From: Phormidesmis sp.
Lineage (GTDB): Bacteria > Cyanobacteriota > Cyanobacteriia > Leptolyngbyales > Leptolyngbyaceae
Length of the DNA: 64,000 nt
Assembly (NCBI GenBank): GCA_965277365.1
Contig: CBDICO010000001.1
Span: 192,786 to 256,785 of the forward strand
Direction of reading: 5' to 3'
Made by a program: the position numbers and the translations under genes. Shown here piece by piece: positions 26,739 to 37,828 of this stretch. Position 1 is the first letter of the stretch. Every line of letters begins with the position of its first letter. The notes under the pieces were generated by a model, which was not told where the DNA came from, made no database searches, and saw only the letters and a list, made by a program, of their open reading frames with translations.

Positions 26739-27836
26739 ATGGATTTGAAACACTTATCAGAAGAGGCGGAAATGACGGGGCAGCAGGTTCCTTACTTATT
26801 GCGGGCGGCACGCGGAGAAGTGCTCGATCGTCCTCCTGTGTGGATGATGCGACAAGCGGGTCGCTATATGAAAGCCTATCGAGATCTCCGGGATCGCTAC
26901 CCCTCATTTCGTGAGCGCTCAGAGATTCCAGACGTGGCGATCGAGATTTCGCTTCAACCCTGGAAAGCCTTTCAGCCAGACGGCGTAATTCTCTTCTCAG
27001 ATATCGTCACGCCTCTACCGGGGATCGGCGTTGAGATGGATATTGCCGAAGGCAAAGGTCCGATTATTGACTCACCGATTCGCACTCAGGCGCAAGTCGA
27101 TCAACTGCGTCCGCTAGAGCCAGAAGAATCTTTACCCTTCATCAAAGAAATTCTCACAGCACTGCGTCAAGAAGTGGGCAACCAGTCCACCGTTCTCGGC
27201 TTTGTCGGCGCACCCTGGACACTGGCAGCTTATATGGTTGAGGGCAAAGGCTCTAAAACCTATTCGGTGATCAAGAACATGGCATTCTCAGATCCCACCA
27301 TTTTGCATCAACTGCTGGGCAAATTGGCGGACTCGATCGCAACCTACATCCGTTACCAAATCGACTGTGGCGCTCAAGTTGTGCAGATGTTTGACTCGTG
27401 GGCGGGTCAACTGAGTCCGCAAGATTACGACACGTTTGCCCTGCCCTATCAGCAGCGCGTCTTTAAGCAAGTCAAACAGACTCATCCCGATACTCCACTA
27501 ATCTTACTGGTGAGCGGCAGCGCAGGGGTATTAGAGAGAATGGCACAGTCGGGAGCTGATATCATCACCGTCGATTGGTCTGTTGATATGGCAGATGCCC
27601 GTACCCGCTTAGGCAAAGAGGTTAAAGTGCAGGGAAATATTGACCCCGGCGTTTTGTTTGGGTCGAGAGAGTTTATTCGCGATCGCATTCTCGACACCAT
27701 CCGCAAAGCAGGTAATCGAGGACACATTCTCAACCTGGGACATGGTATTCTTCCCCTTACACCTGAAGAAAATGCGGCGTTCTTCTTTGAAACTGCCAAA
27801 CAGGTTGATAAGCTACTAGCTACATCAACTTATTAA
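26739..27836 (+). CDS. hemE: Uroporphyrinogen decarboxylase
   Basis: [11 protein letters not shown] and ILNLGHGI motifs. Confidence 0.97.
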   Translation: MDLKHLSEEAEMTGQQVPYLLRAARGEVLDRPPVWMMRQAGRYMKAYRDLRDRYPSFRERSEIPDVAIEISLQPWKAFQPDGVILFSDIVTPLPGIGVEMDIAEGKGPIIDSPIRTQAQVDQLRPLEPEESLPFIKEILTALRQEVGNQSTVLGFVGAPWTLAAYMVEGKGSKTYSVIKNMAFSDPTILHQLLGKLADSIATYIRYQIDCGAQVVQMFDSWAGQLSPQDYDTFALPYQQRVFKQVKQTHPDTPLILLVSGSAGVLERMAQSGADIITVDWSVDMADARTRLGKEVKVQGNIDPGVLFGSREFIRDRILDTIRKAGNRGHILNLGHGILPLTPEENAAFFFETAKQVDKLLATSTY

Positions 27837-27869
27837 GGGTGAAACATCCGACACCCTACCCGCGCTCAA

Positions 27870-28856
27870 ATGACCACAAAGCGAATCTTGGTGACTGGTG
27901 CGAGTGGCTGCATCGGTCACTACATTGCCGAAGCGTTAATTCAAGAAACCGAGCATGAATTGTTTTTGCTGGTCAGAAACCCTGACAAGCTCAAGTTAAA
28001 CGTTCATGCTCGTCCTGGTGTCACGGTGATTCGCGGTGACATGCGAGACATTGAGCAGCACAGCAGCCTTTTAAAAACCATCAACTGTGCAGTGTTGACG
28101 GCAGCAGCGTGGGGCGGCGACGAGGTGCATGACATCAATGTGGTGAAAACCCTGGAGCTGATGAGCCTGCTCGATCCCGATGTCTGCGATCGAGTCATCT
28201 ATTTCTGCACGGCAAGCGTGTTGGGTCGTGATAATCAGCCCCTTAAAGAAGCAGGAGAGATCGGCAGCGATTACATTCGCTCTAAATATGTTTGCTATTC
28301 GCGATTGGGTGAGTTGGCGATCGCGCCCAAAATCACCACGGTGTTCCCCACTTTAGTATTGGGGGGAGGCGATGGCTATCCGCTTTCACACATTTCATCG
28401 GGAATCGCAGATGTCGTGAAGTGGATCAAGTTAATTCGCTTTTTAGATGCTGAGGGCAGTTTTCACTTTGTTCACGGTCGAGATATCGCTCAAGTAGTGC
28501 GCCATTTGGTCGAGCATTCTGCTACTGAAGACGAGTCGCGTGACATGGTGTTAGGCAACGAGAAAATCACGGTCAATCAAGCGATCGAAGAAACCTGTGA
28601 CTATCTCAATCAAAAAATCTATTTCCGCATTCCGCTTTCGCTCTGGCTGGCAGATTTGTTTATTTTTCTGTTTCGCATTCAAATGGGCGACTGGGAGCGG
28701 TTCTCCCTCCACTATTTGCACTTCACCTACCAAAATGCCGTCAGTCCCGCCACGTTTGGGCTACCGACCTACTGTGCGACGCTTTACGACGTTTTAAAGA
28801 TCAGTGGAATTCCCCGGCGGCAACCGCGACGACCAAAAGTCAGGGAACCTGAATGA
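27870..28856 (+). CDS. NAD-dependent epimerase/dehydratase family
   Basis: ILVTGASGCIG and YIRSK motifs. Confidence 0.9.
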   Translation: MTTKRILVTGASGCIGHYIAEALIQETEHELFLLVRNPDKLKLNVHARPGVTVIRGDMRDIEQHSSLLKTINCAVLTAAAWGGDEVHDINVVKTLELMSLLDPDVCDRVIYFCTASVLGRDNQPLKEAGEIGSDYIRSKYVCYSRLGELAIAPKITTVFPTLVLGGGDGYPLSHISSGIADVVKWIKLIRFLDAEGSFHFVHGRDIAQVVRHLVEHSATEDESRDMVLGNEKITVNQAIEETCDYLNQKIYFRIPLSLWLADLFIFLFRIQMGDWERFSLHYLHFTYQNAVSPATFGLPTYCATLYDVLKISGIPRRQPRRPKVREPE

Positions 28857-28958
28857 ATTCTGAAATCTCTTGCCAGAAATGCTAGAAATTTGAGAGCAAG
28901 ACGATATTCTCAAAAAGTCTGTGATGGGTCACGTTTTTTGTGTGAGGCTTTGTAAATT

Positions 28959-30545
28959 ATGCGCGTTTTGCTCATTTACCCTCAGTTTCCCAGAACCTTT
29001 TGGTCCTATGAGAAATTACTAGAATTAATCGATCGTAAAGTTCTTTTGCCGCCGTTGAGTTTGGTGACGGTTGCCGCGATTTTGCCTCAAACCTGGGAGT
29101 TTAAGCTAGTCGATCGCAATGTCCGCTCAGTCTCTGACGCAGAATGGAACTGGGCAGAATTAGTCATCGTGTCTGCCATGATTGTGCAGAAAGAAGACAT
29201 GCTCGACCAAATTCGAGAAGCCAAACGCCGCCATAAATCGGTGGCAGTCGGCGGACCTTATCCGACCTCGATTCCTCATGAGCCTGCTGAGGCGGGGGCA
29301 GACTATTTGATTCTGGATGAGGGCGAAATCACCTTGCCGCTGTTTGTCGCTGCGTTAGAGCAGGGTGAGACTCACGGAACGTTTCGATCGGGCGGTGAGA
29401 AGCCTGATATCACGGGCACACCGATTCCCCGATTTGACCTGCTAGATTTGACTGCCTACGATGCGATGTCGGTGCAGTTTTCGCGGGGGTGCCCCTTTCA
29501 ATGCGAGTTCTGCGACATCATCGTGCTCTACGGTCGCAAACCCCGCACCAAAACCCCTGAGCAACTGTTGGCAGAACTGGATTATCTCTATGATCTCGGC
29601 TGGCGGCGACCCGTATTTATGGTTGATGACAACTTCATCGGCAATAAGCGCAACGTCAAACTGTTTCTTAAAGAACTCAAAGTTTGGCAAGAAACCCATC
29701 AGTTCCCGTTTCGGTTTAGCACCGAGGCTTCGATCGATTTGGGGCAAGATGCCGAGTTGCTGGAATTAATGAGTCAGTGTAATTTCAACGCGGTCTTTCT
29801 GGGCATTGAAACGCCCGACGAAGAAAGTCTAGCGATGACCAAGAAATTTCAGAATACTCGCAATTCTCTCTCAGACTCCGTAGAGGCAATCACGCGATCG
29901 GGCTTACGCATCATGGCAGGGTTTATCATCGGCTTTGATGGTGAAAAAACGGGTGCGGGCGATCGCATTGTCCAATTTGCCGAAGCAACCAACATTCCCA
30001 CGACCACGTTTGGAATGCTGCAAGCGTTGCCCAACACGGCACTTTGGCATCGCCTTGAAAAAGAAGGCAGAATGCTTGGACAAAGCAATCTCAATCAAAC
30101 AACGCTGATGAATTTCGTCCCGACTCGCCCTTTAGAAGAGATTGCGCGAGAATATATTGAGGCATTTTGTGAGCTATACGATCCGGAGCGATTTCTCGAT
30201 CGGACCTATCGTCACTTCTTAATCATGGGTGCCCCCAAGTGCAAACTCCCGTCAAAACCAATTAGCTGGATCGATCTGCGGGCGCTTTTGATCATCATTT
30301 GGCGACAGGGCATCAAGCGCAACACTCGCTGGAAGTTTTGGCATCACCTATTCAGCATGATGAAGCGCAACCCTGCGGTCTGGAAACACTATCTCTCAAC
30401 CTGTGCCCATGAAGAGCACTTTCTAGAATATCGTCAGATTGTGCGCGATCAGATTGAAGCTCAGGTGCAAGACTACTTGACCGAAGCAGAGCGGCTTAAA
30501 GGTCAGGACGTGGCGATCTCACCCAGCAGTCTCGCGAGTCGTTAA
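28959..30545 (+). CDS. B12-binding radical SAM protein (DUF4070 C-terminus)
   Basis: SRGCPFQCEFCD and VAVGGPY motifs. Confidence 0.92.
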   Translation: MRVLLIYPQFPRTFWSYEKLLELIDRKVLLPPLSLVTVAAILPQTWEFKLVDRNVRSVSDAEWNWAELVIVSAMIVQKEDMLDQIREAKRRHKSVAVGGPYPTSIPHEPAEAGADYLILDEGEITLPLFVAALEQGETHGTFRSGGEKPDITGTPIPRFDLLDLTAYDAMSVQFSRGCPFQCEFCDIIVLYGRKPRTKTPEQLLAELDYLYDLGWRRPVFMVDDNFIGNKRNVKLFLKELKVWQETHQFPFRFSTEASIDLGQDAELLELMSQCNFNAVFLGIETPDEESLAMTKKFQNTRNSLSDSVEAITRSGLRIMAGFIIGFDGEKTGAGDRIVQFAEATNIPTTTFGMLQALPNTALWHRLEKEGRMLGQSNLNQTTLMNFVPTRPLEEIAREYIEAFCELYDPERFLDRTYRHFLIMGAPKCKLPSKPISWIDLRALLIIIWRQGIKRNTRWKFWHHLFSMMKRNPAVWKHYLSTCAHEEHFLEYRQIVRDQIEAQVQDYLTEAERLKGQDVAISPSSLASR

Positions 30546-30599
30546 TGGCTAGAGCCGTCTGGCGATCGTGGAGTTTCTCCTATGATTGCCAGACAGCTT

Positions 30600-30896
30600 C
30601 TAGGGCATCACAAGAGGGTGCCAAAATGGATCTTTCATCTCTTCTAATCGTGCCATATCGCCCTCATAAAGCGCATTCACCGTTGTGGCTTTATGTTTTA
30701 AGCGAGGCGGCACATAACACGGATCGACGGGCAAGCCGTGTCCTAACAAAAATTCTGCTAACTGGTGAGGGTGAATATAAATTCCTTCTCGATGAAGCCG
30801 CAAGATCAATTCAGAAAAGGTGTGCCAGCGAGTCACGTCTTTGAAGACAGCCGCTTCTAAACCATCTTCAGAGTCGCTGAACGAATCATGTTTCAT
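30600..30896 (-). CDS. Small conserved hypothetical protein (likely start ATG 30896)
   Basis: LHREGIYIHPHQLAEFL...GLPVD. Confidence 0.6.
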   Translation of the reverse strand: MKHDSFSDSEDGLEAAVFKDVTRWHTFSELILRLHREGIYIHPHQLAEFLLGHGLPVDPCYVPPRLKHKATTVNALYEGDMARLEEMKDPFWHPLVMP

Positions 30897-31046
30897 CGCA
30901 GGTGAACAAAATGCAGGGTAGTCTCTCTTCAAACAGTCGCCTGACTTCAATCAGACGGCTATGTTTTATGGTATCGCTCCTTACACTGCGCCTTGACTGA
31001 AGTTGTGAAAGTTTACGGCTGGGTGAGTGCTTACTCTTAGAGCAGT

Positions 31047-31679
31047 TTAGGAGTTTGAATGACGATAAGCGCCCAATTTCCATATAAAAGCAGCAACTAG
31101 ATTAGTGAGGATGTGAGCGACGATCGGCACCAGTAAGTTGCCTGTCCAGATCGCGCTATAGCCTAACAGTGCGCCAATGCAGGTTGCCCAAACGACATAC
31201 GCCCATTGTTTAAAGTTGCTAAGATGAAGCACCCCAAAACAAACGCTAGAAATCAAAACTCCTTCTAAGGTGAGACCAAACTCAGGCAACATAACTCCAC
31301 GAAACAGCAATTCTTCGCTTAACCCAGGCAGCAACCCCAGCCAGACCAAATCGGGAATGAGTAGCGGTTTGAGCACAAGTTCGAGATAGTAATCGGCGCT
31401 GATGCGATAAGCTGCCCAAAATCGATAGACGATCGAGCTAGCGATCGTGATCGAGAATCCTAACCCGACCCCTTGCAAGATGGCTTCTGCGCTCACGGTC
31501 ACGGGCAACAAGTTGACTGAGCCAAGCTGCATCCAGAATTTGGATACGAGCAGCAACACAACGGCGGTTACGCCCATTGCAATCAGGACTTGAGTGCGGG
31601 TTAACGGCTCCATTTCTGGAGTTTCAGGGATTTGTGCCACTGGAATTCCGGGGGTGAGGTTTACAAGAGCAGGTATCAC
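31047..31679 (-). CDS. CPBP/Abi family intramembrane metalloprotease
   Basis: EELLFRG, FGVLH and AHIL motifs. Confidence 0.9.
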   Translation of the reverse strand: MIPALVNLTPGIPVAQIPETPEMEPLTRTQVLIAMGVTAVVLLLVSKFWMQLGSVNLLPVTVSAEAILQGVGLGFSITIASSIVYRFWAAYRISADYYLELVLKPLLIPDLVWLGLLPGLSEELLFRGVMLPEFGLTLEGVLISSVCFGVLHLSNFKQWAYVVWATCIGALLGYSAIWTGNLLVPIVAHILTNLVAAFIWKLGAYRHSNS

Positions 31680-31695
31680 ACTATAGCTCAGGCTA

Positions 31696-32787
31696 TCAAA
31701 TTACAGATTCGATGATCGCGTCAGTTTCTAGACAGCCCAGAGGAGCGATCGCCGGATTGAGTGACTTGTGATCGATCCCAGCTCGATCGCACACCAACAC
31801 GCCTAACGCTTCTAGATAAGAATTTACTGAGATGGCACTGATTCCCAGAGAGTCTGGAGGGACTTGCATTTTTGTATCGTTTTCTCTAACGGCAATGATT
31901 TTAGCGGAAGATTGGCTGAGACTCATCACGGCACTTCCGCCACAAGCGGCTTCTGGAATGACGATCGCATCGATTTGATCTGCCCACACATCGCTAGAGT
32001 GAACGCTAGAAAGAATGTTCCGAGTCATGAATTGAGGAGCGCGACTCAACCCCACCAAAACACAGGGAAGAAACGTAAATCCTAATTCTTCGGCTGCCGA
32101 TCGGGGTGACAGTTCAGCCTCTAAGGGCAATGGCAACAAAGCAGGCGCATGGGCACAAGGAATCTGAAAGGTTCGTACAATCAGATGACTAATCACGGCT
32201 TCGGCACCCGCCAACGGATCAACGCCTTGACCGTGACGATAATCGTGCAGAGCCTCGCTACCACAATCATCTGGAAAACGAGCAACAACGGCGATCGCGG
32301 TGGCTCCTGCATTGTGAATCAGTTTATCTGCGGCTCTCAATAAGCTATCAGGGTGCTCGATCGTGCCCCAAGTTGCGCCAGACTTTGCAGTTTTTAACTG
32401 GACATTTAACGGTTGATCGGTGATCACATACTCGGTGAGGTTTAGTCCGAGGGTGGCTCTTGTTGCATCTGCCGCTTGTAAATGTCGCAGTCGCAAATCG
32501 GATTCGATGGCACGATCGAGAATCAATCCAATCCGATTTTGATGAACAGGACGCAATCCCCAATTACCAGCCGCCACCTGATCAAGTCCGTAACCCTCAA
32601 CGTACAGTGCATTGGGCAGATTCCAATAAAGCTGGGCACCGTTGAGAACGTTGGGATGAGTGATCAGGCGATCGCACACCTGCGCCATCATTCGCGCCAC
32701 CGGAAGCGCATCGCCTGCATAGCCTCCGATCGCGGCTCCGATCCCGGTTGGCACAATCAGAACGACAGTATACGGGCGGTTAATCAT
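31696..32787 (-). CDS. DUF3326 (Ycf-type) protein
   Basis: VPTGIGAAIGGYAGDA and THPNVLNGA motifs. Confidence 0.85.
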   Translation of the reverse strand: MINRPYTVVLIVPTGIGAAIGGYAGDALPVARMMAQVCDRLITHPNVLNGAQLYWNLPNALYVEGYGLDQVAAGNWGLRPVHQNRIGLILDRAIESDLRLRHLQAADATRATLGLNLTEYVITDQPLNVQLKTAKSGATWGTIEHPDSLLRAADKLIHNAGATAIAVVARFPDDCGSEALHDYRHGQGVDPLAGAEAVISHLIVRTFQIPCAHAPALLPLPLEAELSPRSAAEELGFTFLPCVLVGLSRAPQFMTRNILSSVHSSDVWADQIDAIVIPEAACGGSAVMSLSQSSAKIIAVRENDTKMQVPPDSLGISAISVNSYLEALGVLVCDRAGIDHKSLNPAIAPLGCLETDAIIESVI

Positions 32788-32969
32788 GGAGAAGTCGTCA
32801 CGATCGCTTCGATTTGGGCTGTTTTGTTCTCAGTGTTCACGCTAGTGACCGCCCAACGGAGAGGTTCGCCGTGGGTTCGCAATGTGGACTCGATCGCTCT
32901 TTGCATTTCGGCTGGTGTTGCTTGCAAGTTAACGTCGGTGGTGACAAAGTGTATATTCATGATTATCAA
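32784..32969 (-). CDS. Small conserved hypothetical protein
   Basis: GEPLRWAVT motif; overlaps the DUF3326 start by 4 nt. Confidence 0.65.
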   Translation of the reverse strand: MIIMNIHFVTTDVNLQATPAEMQRAIESTLRTHGEPLRWAVTSVNTENKTAQIEAIVTTSP

Positions 32970-33005
32970 AATGATTCACAAATAATTAATTATAGCGTCA
33001 CTAAA

Positions 33006-33329
33006 CTATTTATTTTGGTGCTGTCCAAATTGCAAGTGATAGACGGTTTCTTCTTTCTCAGTGGCAATCTTAAGGTCAGATCGAGGAAATGTGACACAGA
33101 GCAAAGCATATCCCTGATCCTGCAATTCTTGACTCACGCCCATGCCATCGGTTTGATCGATGGTTCCTTCTAAGATTTGAGCAGCGCAGGTGGTACAAAC
33201 TCCAGCCGTACAAGAACTGGGCAAATCTAACCCTAATTTATTTGCAACTTCAAGAACGGTGCGATCGTCAGGGACTGCGATCGTGTGAGTTTGTCCCCGA
33301 TGCAGAATTTCAACATTGTAGGTTGCCAT
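33006..33329 (-). CDS. 2Fe-2S ferredoxin
   Basis: SSCTAGVCTTCAA...LLC. Confidence 0.93.
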   Translation of the reverse strand: MATYNVEILHRGQTHTIAVPDDRTVLEVANKLGLDLPSSCTAGVCTTCAAQILEGTIDQTDGMGVSQELQDQGYALLCVTFPRSDLKIATEKEETVYHLQFGQHQNK

Positions 33330-33518
33330 TTTAACGATGATTATGCGTGTGTTCCCATCCTCATCTTAGAAGAATCGCTGCATCAAGGCGAATAATCTGC
33401 TCAAACGCCAAAAGATACTTTGCTTGCAGGAAACTGCCCTGCCCATCAAAATCCAAAACTCAAAACTCAAAATGGGATTAGGCTAGTGATAGTCTGCTTG
33501 ATTTTCTAATTCTGCCCG

Positions 33519-34340
33519 ATGCTAATTCCTCTCAGTCGCAAAAAGTTAGAACAGTTAATTCCCGCCGTGGGGACAGGTGCCCAATATGCTTACTGTTGGG
33601 GTAAGTTTCCCGATTTTCTGCTGCGGGTGCTGATTTCAATCTCGGCTTTAGCAGTGATTTTGTTGGTGAGTTGGATATTGCCGATCGACGAGTTGCGCGG
33701 ACTTCGCTTCTTTTTAGGATTATTTGCCCTCGTCTATTGGCTGTGGCGACCTGTTTTGCAGGCGGGGCTAAAGAATATTGAGTATCGCCGCTATAAATAT
33801 GCCGGTTTTTTGCGCGGCGAAGTCACAGATATCTATATCTCAGACGAAGTGGTTGGAACCCAAGAAACTGTCAACGATCGTGGCGAATTAGTCGTCGTCG
33901 AAAACCGAGAGCGCAAGTTAAATCTCGTGGTCGATGATGAGTCTGGGTTTATGACCGAGCTACAGGTGCCCCTCAAGCGAGAATATCAAGCGATCGCGCC
34001 GGGTGACAGTGCTGAAATGGTCGTGCTTTCAAATCGCCCCGATCTCAGCCGAATCGCAAAAGTCACCGATATTTTTATTCCCCGGTGTGGCGTGTGGGTG
34101 AGTGACTATCCCTATTTGCGGCGAGATGAGTTTGAGTCGGTGAGCCGTCGATTAGACGCAGGAGACGAGGTGGACGATCGTGACTATGATGAGTCGCCGC
34201 GCCGACGGGTTGAATCGGATCAGCCGACTTCCAGCCGTCGAAAGTCTAACCGCAATGTTCGCAGTAGTGCGTCTAGAAATCGTCGTCCTCGTAAGAATTC
34301 TGGGCGGCGATCGAGTAGCCGCAGAAGTTCTGACTATTAA
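33519..34340 (+). CDS. Conserved cyanobacterial membrane protein
   Basis: Two TM helices; SDYPYLRR motif; Arg/Ser-rich tail. Confidence 0.75.
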   Translation: MLIPLSRKKLEQLIPAVGTGAQYAYCWGKFPDFLLRVLISISALAVILLVSWILPIDELRGLRFFLGLFALVYWLWRPVLQAGLKNIEYRRYKYAGFLRGEVTDIYISDEVVGTQETVNDRGELVVVENRERKLNLVVDDESGFMTELQVPLKREYQAIAPGDSAEMVVLSNRPDLSRIAKVTDIFIPRCGVWVSDYPYLRRDEFESVSRRLDAGDEVDDRDYDESPRRRVESDQPTSSRRKSNRNVRSSASRNRRPRKNSGRRSSSRRSSDY

Positions 34341-34385
34341 GGGATTGATTAGAAAATAAGATCCTATGCTGCCGTTGCCCGTAGG

Positions 34386-34439
34386 TTTCGGCTCTGCTTA
34401 ACCCACTAGCCAGTTGAGGGCTGAGCGAAGCCGAAGCCC
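34386..34439. repeat. REP-like short dispersed repeat (TTCGGCTCCGCTCAACC / GCTGAGCGAAGTCGAAGC family)
   Basis: Related copies at 37312-37369, 43877-43898 and 63554-63607, all just after stop codons. Confidence 0.65.
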
Positions 34440-34505
34440 GATCCAGTGGAACTTTATTTTGATGCGAGTCTCTAAACGCGAATTCTAAGACTTCCAACCC
34501 ACGTC

Positions 34506-35093
34506 CTACACTCCACCCGAAATTTCGTGAATCGAAAGATGGGCACCATTGAGGGCAGAATCGTTGCGCGTCTGCCATTTGAGAAACTGTCCTTTAGTGA
34601 GATTGTCGGCAAAGACTCCAACTCTCAGGCTAATTCTTGTTCCAACGGGCAGCATGAGAGTCGTGCAGCCCGAAAAGCTAAACCCCGAATCTTGAAGATT
34701 TCCGGCAGGGGAGAGGGCTACTACGGTTTGTCCTAGCCGCAGTTCGTGAGTTGCAATGCCAGGGTTGACAGACGGGTTGGGAGGAATGCGAATCACGATC
34801 GCGCCCATCACGTCAATCGTGGCATTGGCATCACTCGCTTGAATGCCTCCCTGAACGTAGGTTGAGCCACACACAATAAACCGTCCAGTTCGCCCGATCG
34901 TCACCTCTCCAGTGTTGGAGTCTAGCAGCAAAACTTTTGAACCAACGCTATTGCTGATCACGGTCGTTAACCCAATGATGTTGAGCCGAGTGACTTTGCC
35001 TGCGATCGGGTTAAACCACTGCGGCGACTGGAGAATAGCATATTCTCCCCAAGCGGGAATCGTGGTTTCGTCTGGGTTTCCAACGTCTGTCAA
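34506..35093 (-). CDS. Hypothetical beta-rich protein, possibly C1q/TNF-like
   Basis: 195-aa ORF with a TTG start; GEVTIGRTGRFIV and TTLMLPVGTRISLRV patterns. Confidence 0.55.
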   Translation of the reverse strand: MTDVGNPDETTIPAWGEYAILQSPQWFNPIAGKVTRLNIIGLTTVISNSVGSKVLLLDSNTGEVTIGRTGRFIVCGSTYVQGGIQASDANATIDVMGAIVIRIPPNPSVNPGIATHELRLGQTVVALSPAGNLQDSGFSFSGCTTLMLPVGTRISLRVGVFADNLTKGQFLKWQTRNDSALNGAHLSIHEISGGV

Positions 35094-35202
35094 GGGTAAT
35101 CTCTCGTTTTTGGCGATACAGCGCCATTCAGTTTAGCGGGTCGCTCCAGAAACGGTTTAGTTTTACAAAAAATTTGTCGTGCGGCAGGTAAGGCACTGCT
35201 CT

Positions 35203-36105
35203 TCATCGCTGTAGTCGGACAGTCAACGTGCGAGTTTGCTGTTCTTTAGGTTTCAGTTGCGCCGCCGTCCCGTTTTGGCACGCCACATCTAGATCGTAGG
35301 GAATTGTCGTGCAAGGCTCCATCACTAGCACATAATGATCACGCCAACCCCCATAGCTTTGAAACACCCAAACATAGGGAAAATCAGCCGTATCGAACGT
35401 CATAACTAGTGCAGCCCCCGATCGAGCATCGCGAATCCCGCACTCGCCTTTAGCCAGATCGGAACTGTAGAAAAACTCCTGGGATTTCGACGAGCGGGGC
35501 AGAATGTGCTGCAAGTCAATTTCTTGCCCATCGGCTGCAAAGGCTTTGGGGAAAGGAGTTTTTTGAGCGCGTCCGATCAGGGTGCTAAACTCTAGCGCAA
35601 CTGGCTCAATTAGACAATCGGGCAGCAGAATCTCGTCTCCGGCGGCGATGACGATCGCGGCGTGTTGCTTAAACAAAAACGGAATTGTCTCATCCGATTT
35701 GTTGTGAAACTGAAACTCAATATGAGCCTGCGTGTCGTCCAATCGGATCGTCTTCTCAACACTCACAGGCACCGTTTCGCAAAATCGTGTCATCTTGATG
35801 CTAGAACGCGTCGTCTCTATCACGTTCCACGCCTGTGACCAAAGTTCGCCGTGATCGACCAGATGCCGATTTTGAGACAATCCTTCCACATCATTGGGAA
35901 ACATCTCATCCCATCCGCCTGACCAATGCTCATCAAACGAGGCACCAACCGGGAGCGATCGCGTCTGATTTGGATCATAACCCGGTGGATGCCAGAGCCA
36001 CTCACGCCCCGTTTTTTGATCTACCAATTGATCAATCCGTCCGCCTAAGTCTGGGCGAATCGTCAATTTGAGTTCAGAGTTTTCCAATATGGTAGTCATC
36101 GTCAT
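35203..36105 (-). CDS. Galactose mutarotase/aldose 1-epimerase-like protein
   Basis: GGWDEMFP, DHGELW and LVMEPCT motifs. Confidence 0.8.
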   Translation of the reverse strand: MTMTTILENSELKLTIRPDLGGRIDQLVDQKTGREWLWHPPGYDPNQTRSLPVGASFDEHWSGGWDEMFPNDVEGLSQNRHLVDHGELWSQAWNVIETTRSSIKMTRFCETVPVSVEKTIRLDDTQAHIEFQFHNKSDETIPFLFKQHAAIVIAAGDEILLPDCLIEPVALEFSTLIGRAQKTPFPKAFAADGQEIDLQHILPRSSKSQEFFYSSDLAKGECGIRDARSGAALVMTFDTADFPYVWVFQSYGGWRDHYVLVMEPCTTIPYDLDVACQNGTAAQLKPKEQQTRTLTVRLQR

Positions 36106-36349
36106 TCCTGCGTCCAGAAATTGTGTACAAACCCCTGTCTATGCTCTTCATCTTTAACGCTATCGGTGACCCTGCAATCGCGATATGTATCGCTAGGGGG
36201 AAATCTCAACGCTGCCTTGCCCTTCTCCCCCAAAATGAGAGGAATCACTGGGTAAGTGCCGTCTTTTTGAAGGTTGCTGGAAGCATTTAGTTTTCTGGAT
36301 TCATTGCTGTTATGATTGGCTGCGATCGATTCTCTCAAACAAATTCGGT

Positions 36350-37279
36350 ATGCCACAGCGCTACTCTGGACTTCGCTACACAAATCCGGTTTTTCTAAAA
36401 TCTCTCAGCTATGTCCTATCAGGCGGATTGCTCGTTTCAGGTTTTGTGAGGGTGCCTCATGTTCAAGCAAATCCTGTGCTGATGGCGCAAAGCAACGGGC
36501 AAGCCGCAGCAGCGAAAGTTAGTCAAGGATTACAGTTCATTCAGCAGGGCAGACTCAACGACGCGATCGAGTCTTTTAGAACGGCAGCACGGCTCGATCC
36601 CCATATGGCTGCCGCTCACTATAATTTAGGGTTGGCGCTTCGACAGCAGGGACAACTTCAAGCGTCAGCAACGGCGTTTCATCAAGCCACTCAAGCCGAT
36701 CCCAATTTTGCGTTGGCGTATGCAAATTTAGGAGCTGCTCTACTTGAGGGCAATAACTTAAATCAGGCGCGCGATTATCTACAGCGATCGCTCGAACTCG
36801 ACCCTAAACTCGGACTCGCCCATTATAATCTCGGACTTGTGCTAGAGCTTCAAGGCGATTTGCAGGGGGCGATCGCGGAATTTCGAGAAGCAGCTCAATT
36901 TACGCCCAGCGCTCCAGAGCCGCTTTATCATCTGGGATTGGTCTACCAAAAACAGCAGAAAAGTAAGGACGCGATCGCGGCGTTTCAGCAAGCTGTGCAG
37001 CGCAATCCCAACTATGCAGAGGCTCATTACAGCTTAGGTTCAGTCTTATTTAATCAAGGAGATCTAGGCGGAGCGTTGACAGCGTTTCGCAAGTCTAGTC
37101 AGGTCAATCCTAACTATGCCAATGCCTACTATGGGGCAGGATTAGTGTTTGTGCGTCAGCAAAAGCTCACCGATGCTCAACAAGTTTTGACGTATGCTAA
37201 GAATCTTTTTACGGCACAAAAAAATCTGCCTTGGGCAGAGAAAGCAGATCAGCAGCTTAGAAAACTTGGAACTCAGTAG
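36350..37279 (+). CDS. TPR-repeat protein with signal peptide
   Basis: Multiple AHYNLG TPR units. Confidence 0.9.
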   Translation: MPQRYSGLRYTNPVFLKSLSYVLSGGLLVSGFVRVPHVQANPVLMAQSNGQAAAAKVSQGLQFIQQGRLNDAIESFRTAARLDPHMAAAHYNLGLALRQQGQLQASATAFHQATQADPNFALAYANLGAALLEGNNLNQARDYLQRSLELDPKLGLAHYNLGLVLELQGDLQGAIAEFREAAQFTPSAPEPLYHLGLVYQKQQKSKDAIAAFQQAVQRNPNYAEAHYSLGSVLFNQGDLGGALTAFRKSSQVNPNYANAYYGAGLVFVRQQKLTDAQQVLTYAKNLFTAQKNLPWAEKADQQLRKLGTQ

Positions 37280-37394
37280 ACAGGTGCAATTAAAGTCAGC
37301 GTGTGGGGGTAGATTTCAGCTCCGCTCAACCCGCTAGACGTTCTGGCATTGAGCGGAGTCGAAACGCGTCTTACCGTTAATTCTGTCTACCTAT

Positions 37395-37766
37395 TTAGCC
37401 GAATGAATCTAAATCTAATGCCTGAGAGCCGCCTTCATCAAGCTGCGCCAAAATTTTGCCTAATTGCCACCAGACTAACCAACTAATTGCGATCGTCAAG
37501 GGCACGGCGATTCCATAGGCTAGAAACGAAGGCAGTCCAAAAATCTCCATGCCGGACGACAGAAAGAAACAGCAGCCACCTGCAATTCCTAGAAATGGGA
37601 CGAGCAGTTGCGTTCCTCGCAGATTCGCGAGTGTGTGGGTCGATCGATTTTTTGACCACTCGCGCACCGATTGCTTGAGAACTGCATCAAAGGCGGTGCC
37701 CGACGCAAGGCTTGCCAGCAGTCCGACGACGAGCAGAAGATAAGGAGGTTCAGGAAAACTGTACAC
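37395..37766 (-). CDS. Conserved cyanobacterial membrane protein
   Basis: PEPPYLLL...LDLDSFG; three TM segments. Confidence 0.75.
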   Translation of the reverse strand: MYSFPEPPYLLLVVGLLASLASGTAFDAVLKQSVREWSKNRSTHTLANLRGTQLLVPFLGIAGGCCFFLSSGMEIFGLPSFLAYGIAVPLTIAISWLVWWQLGKILAQLDEGGSQALDLDSFG

Positions 37767-37828
37767 GGTTGGTTAAGAAAATAAAGGATCGGTCTTAGGC
37801 GCTGAGGGATGGCAGAATTCGGCGATTC

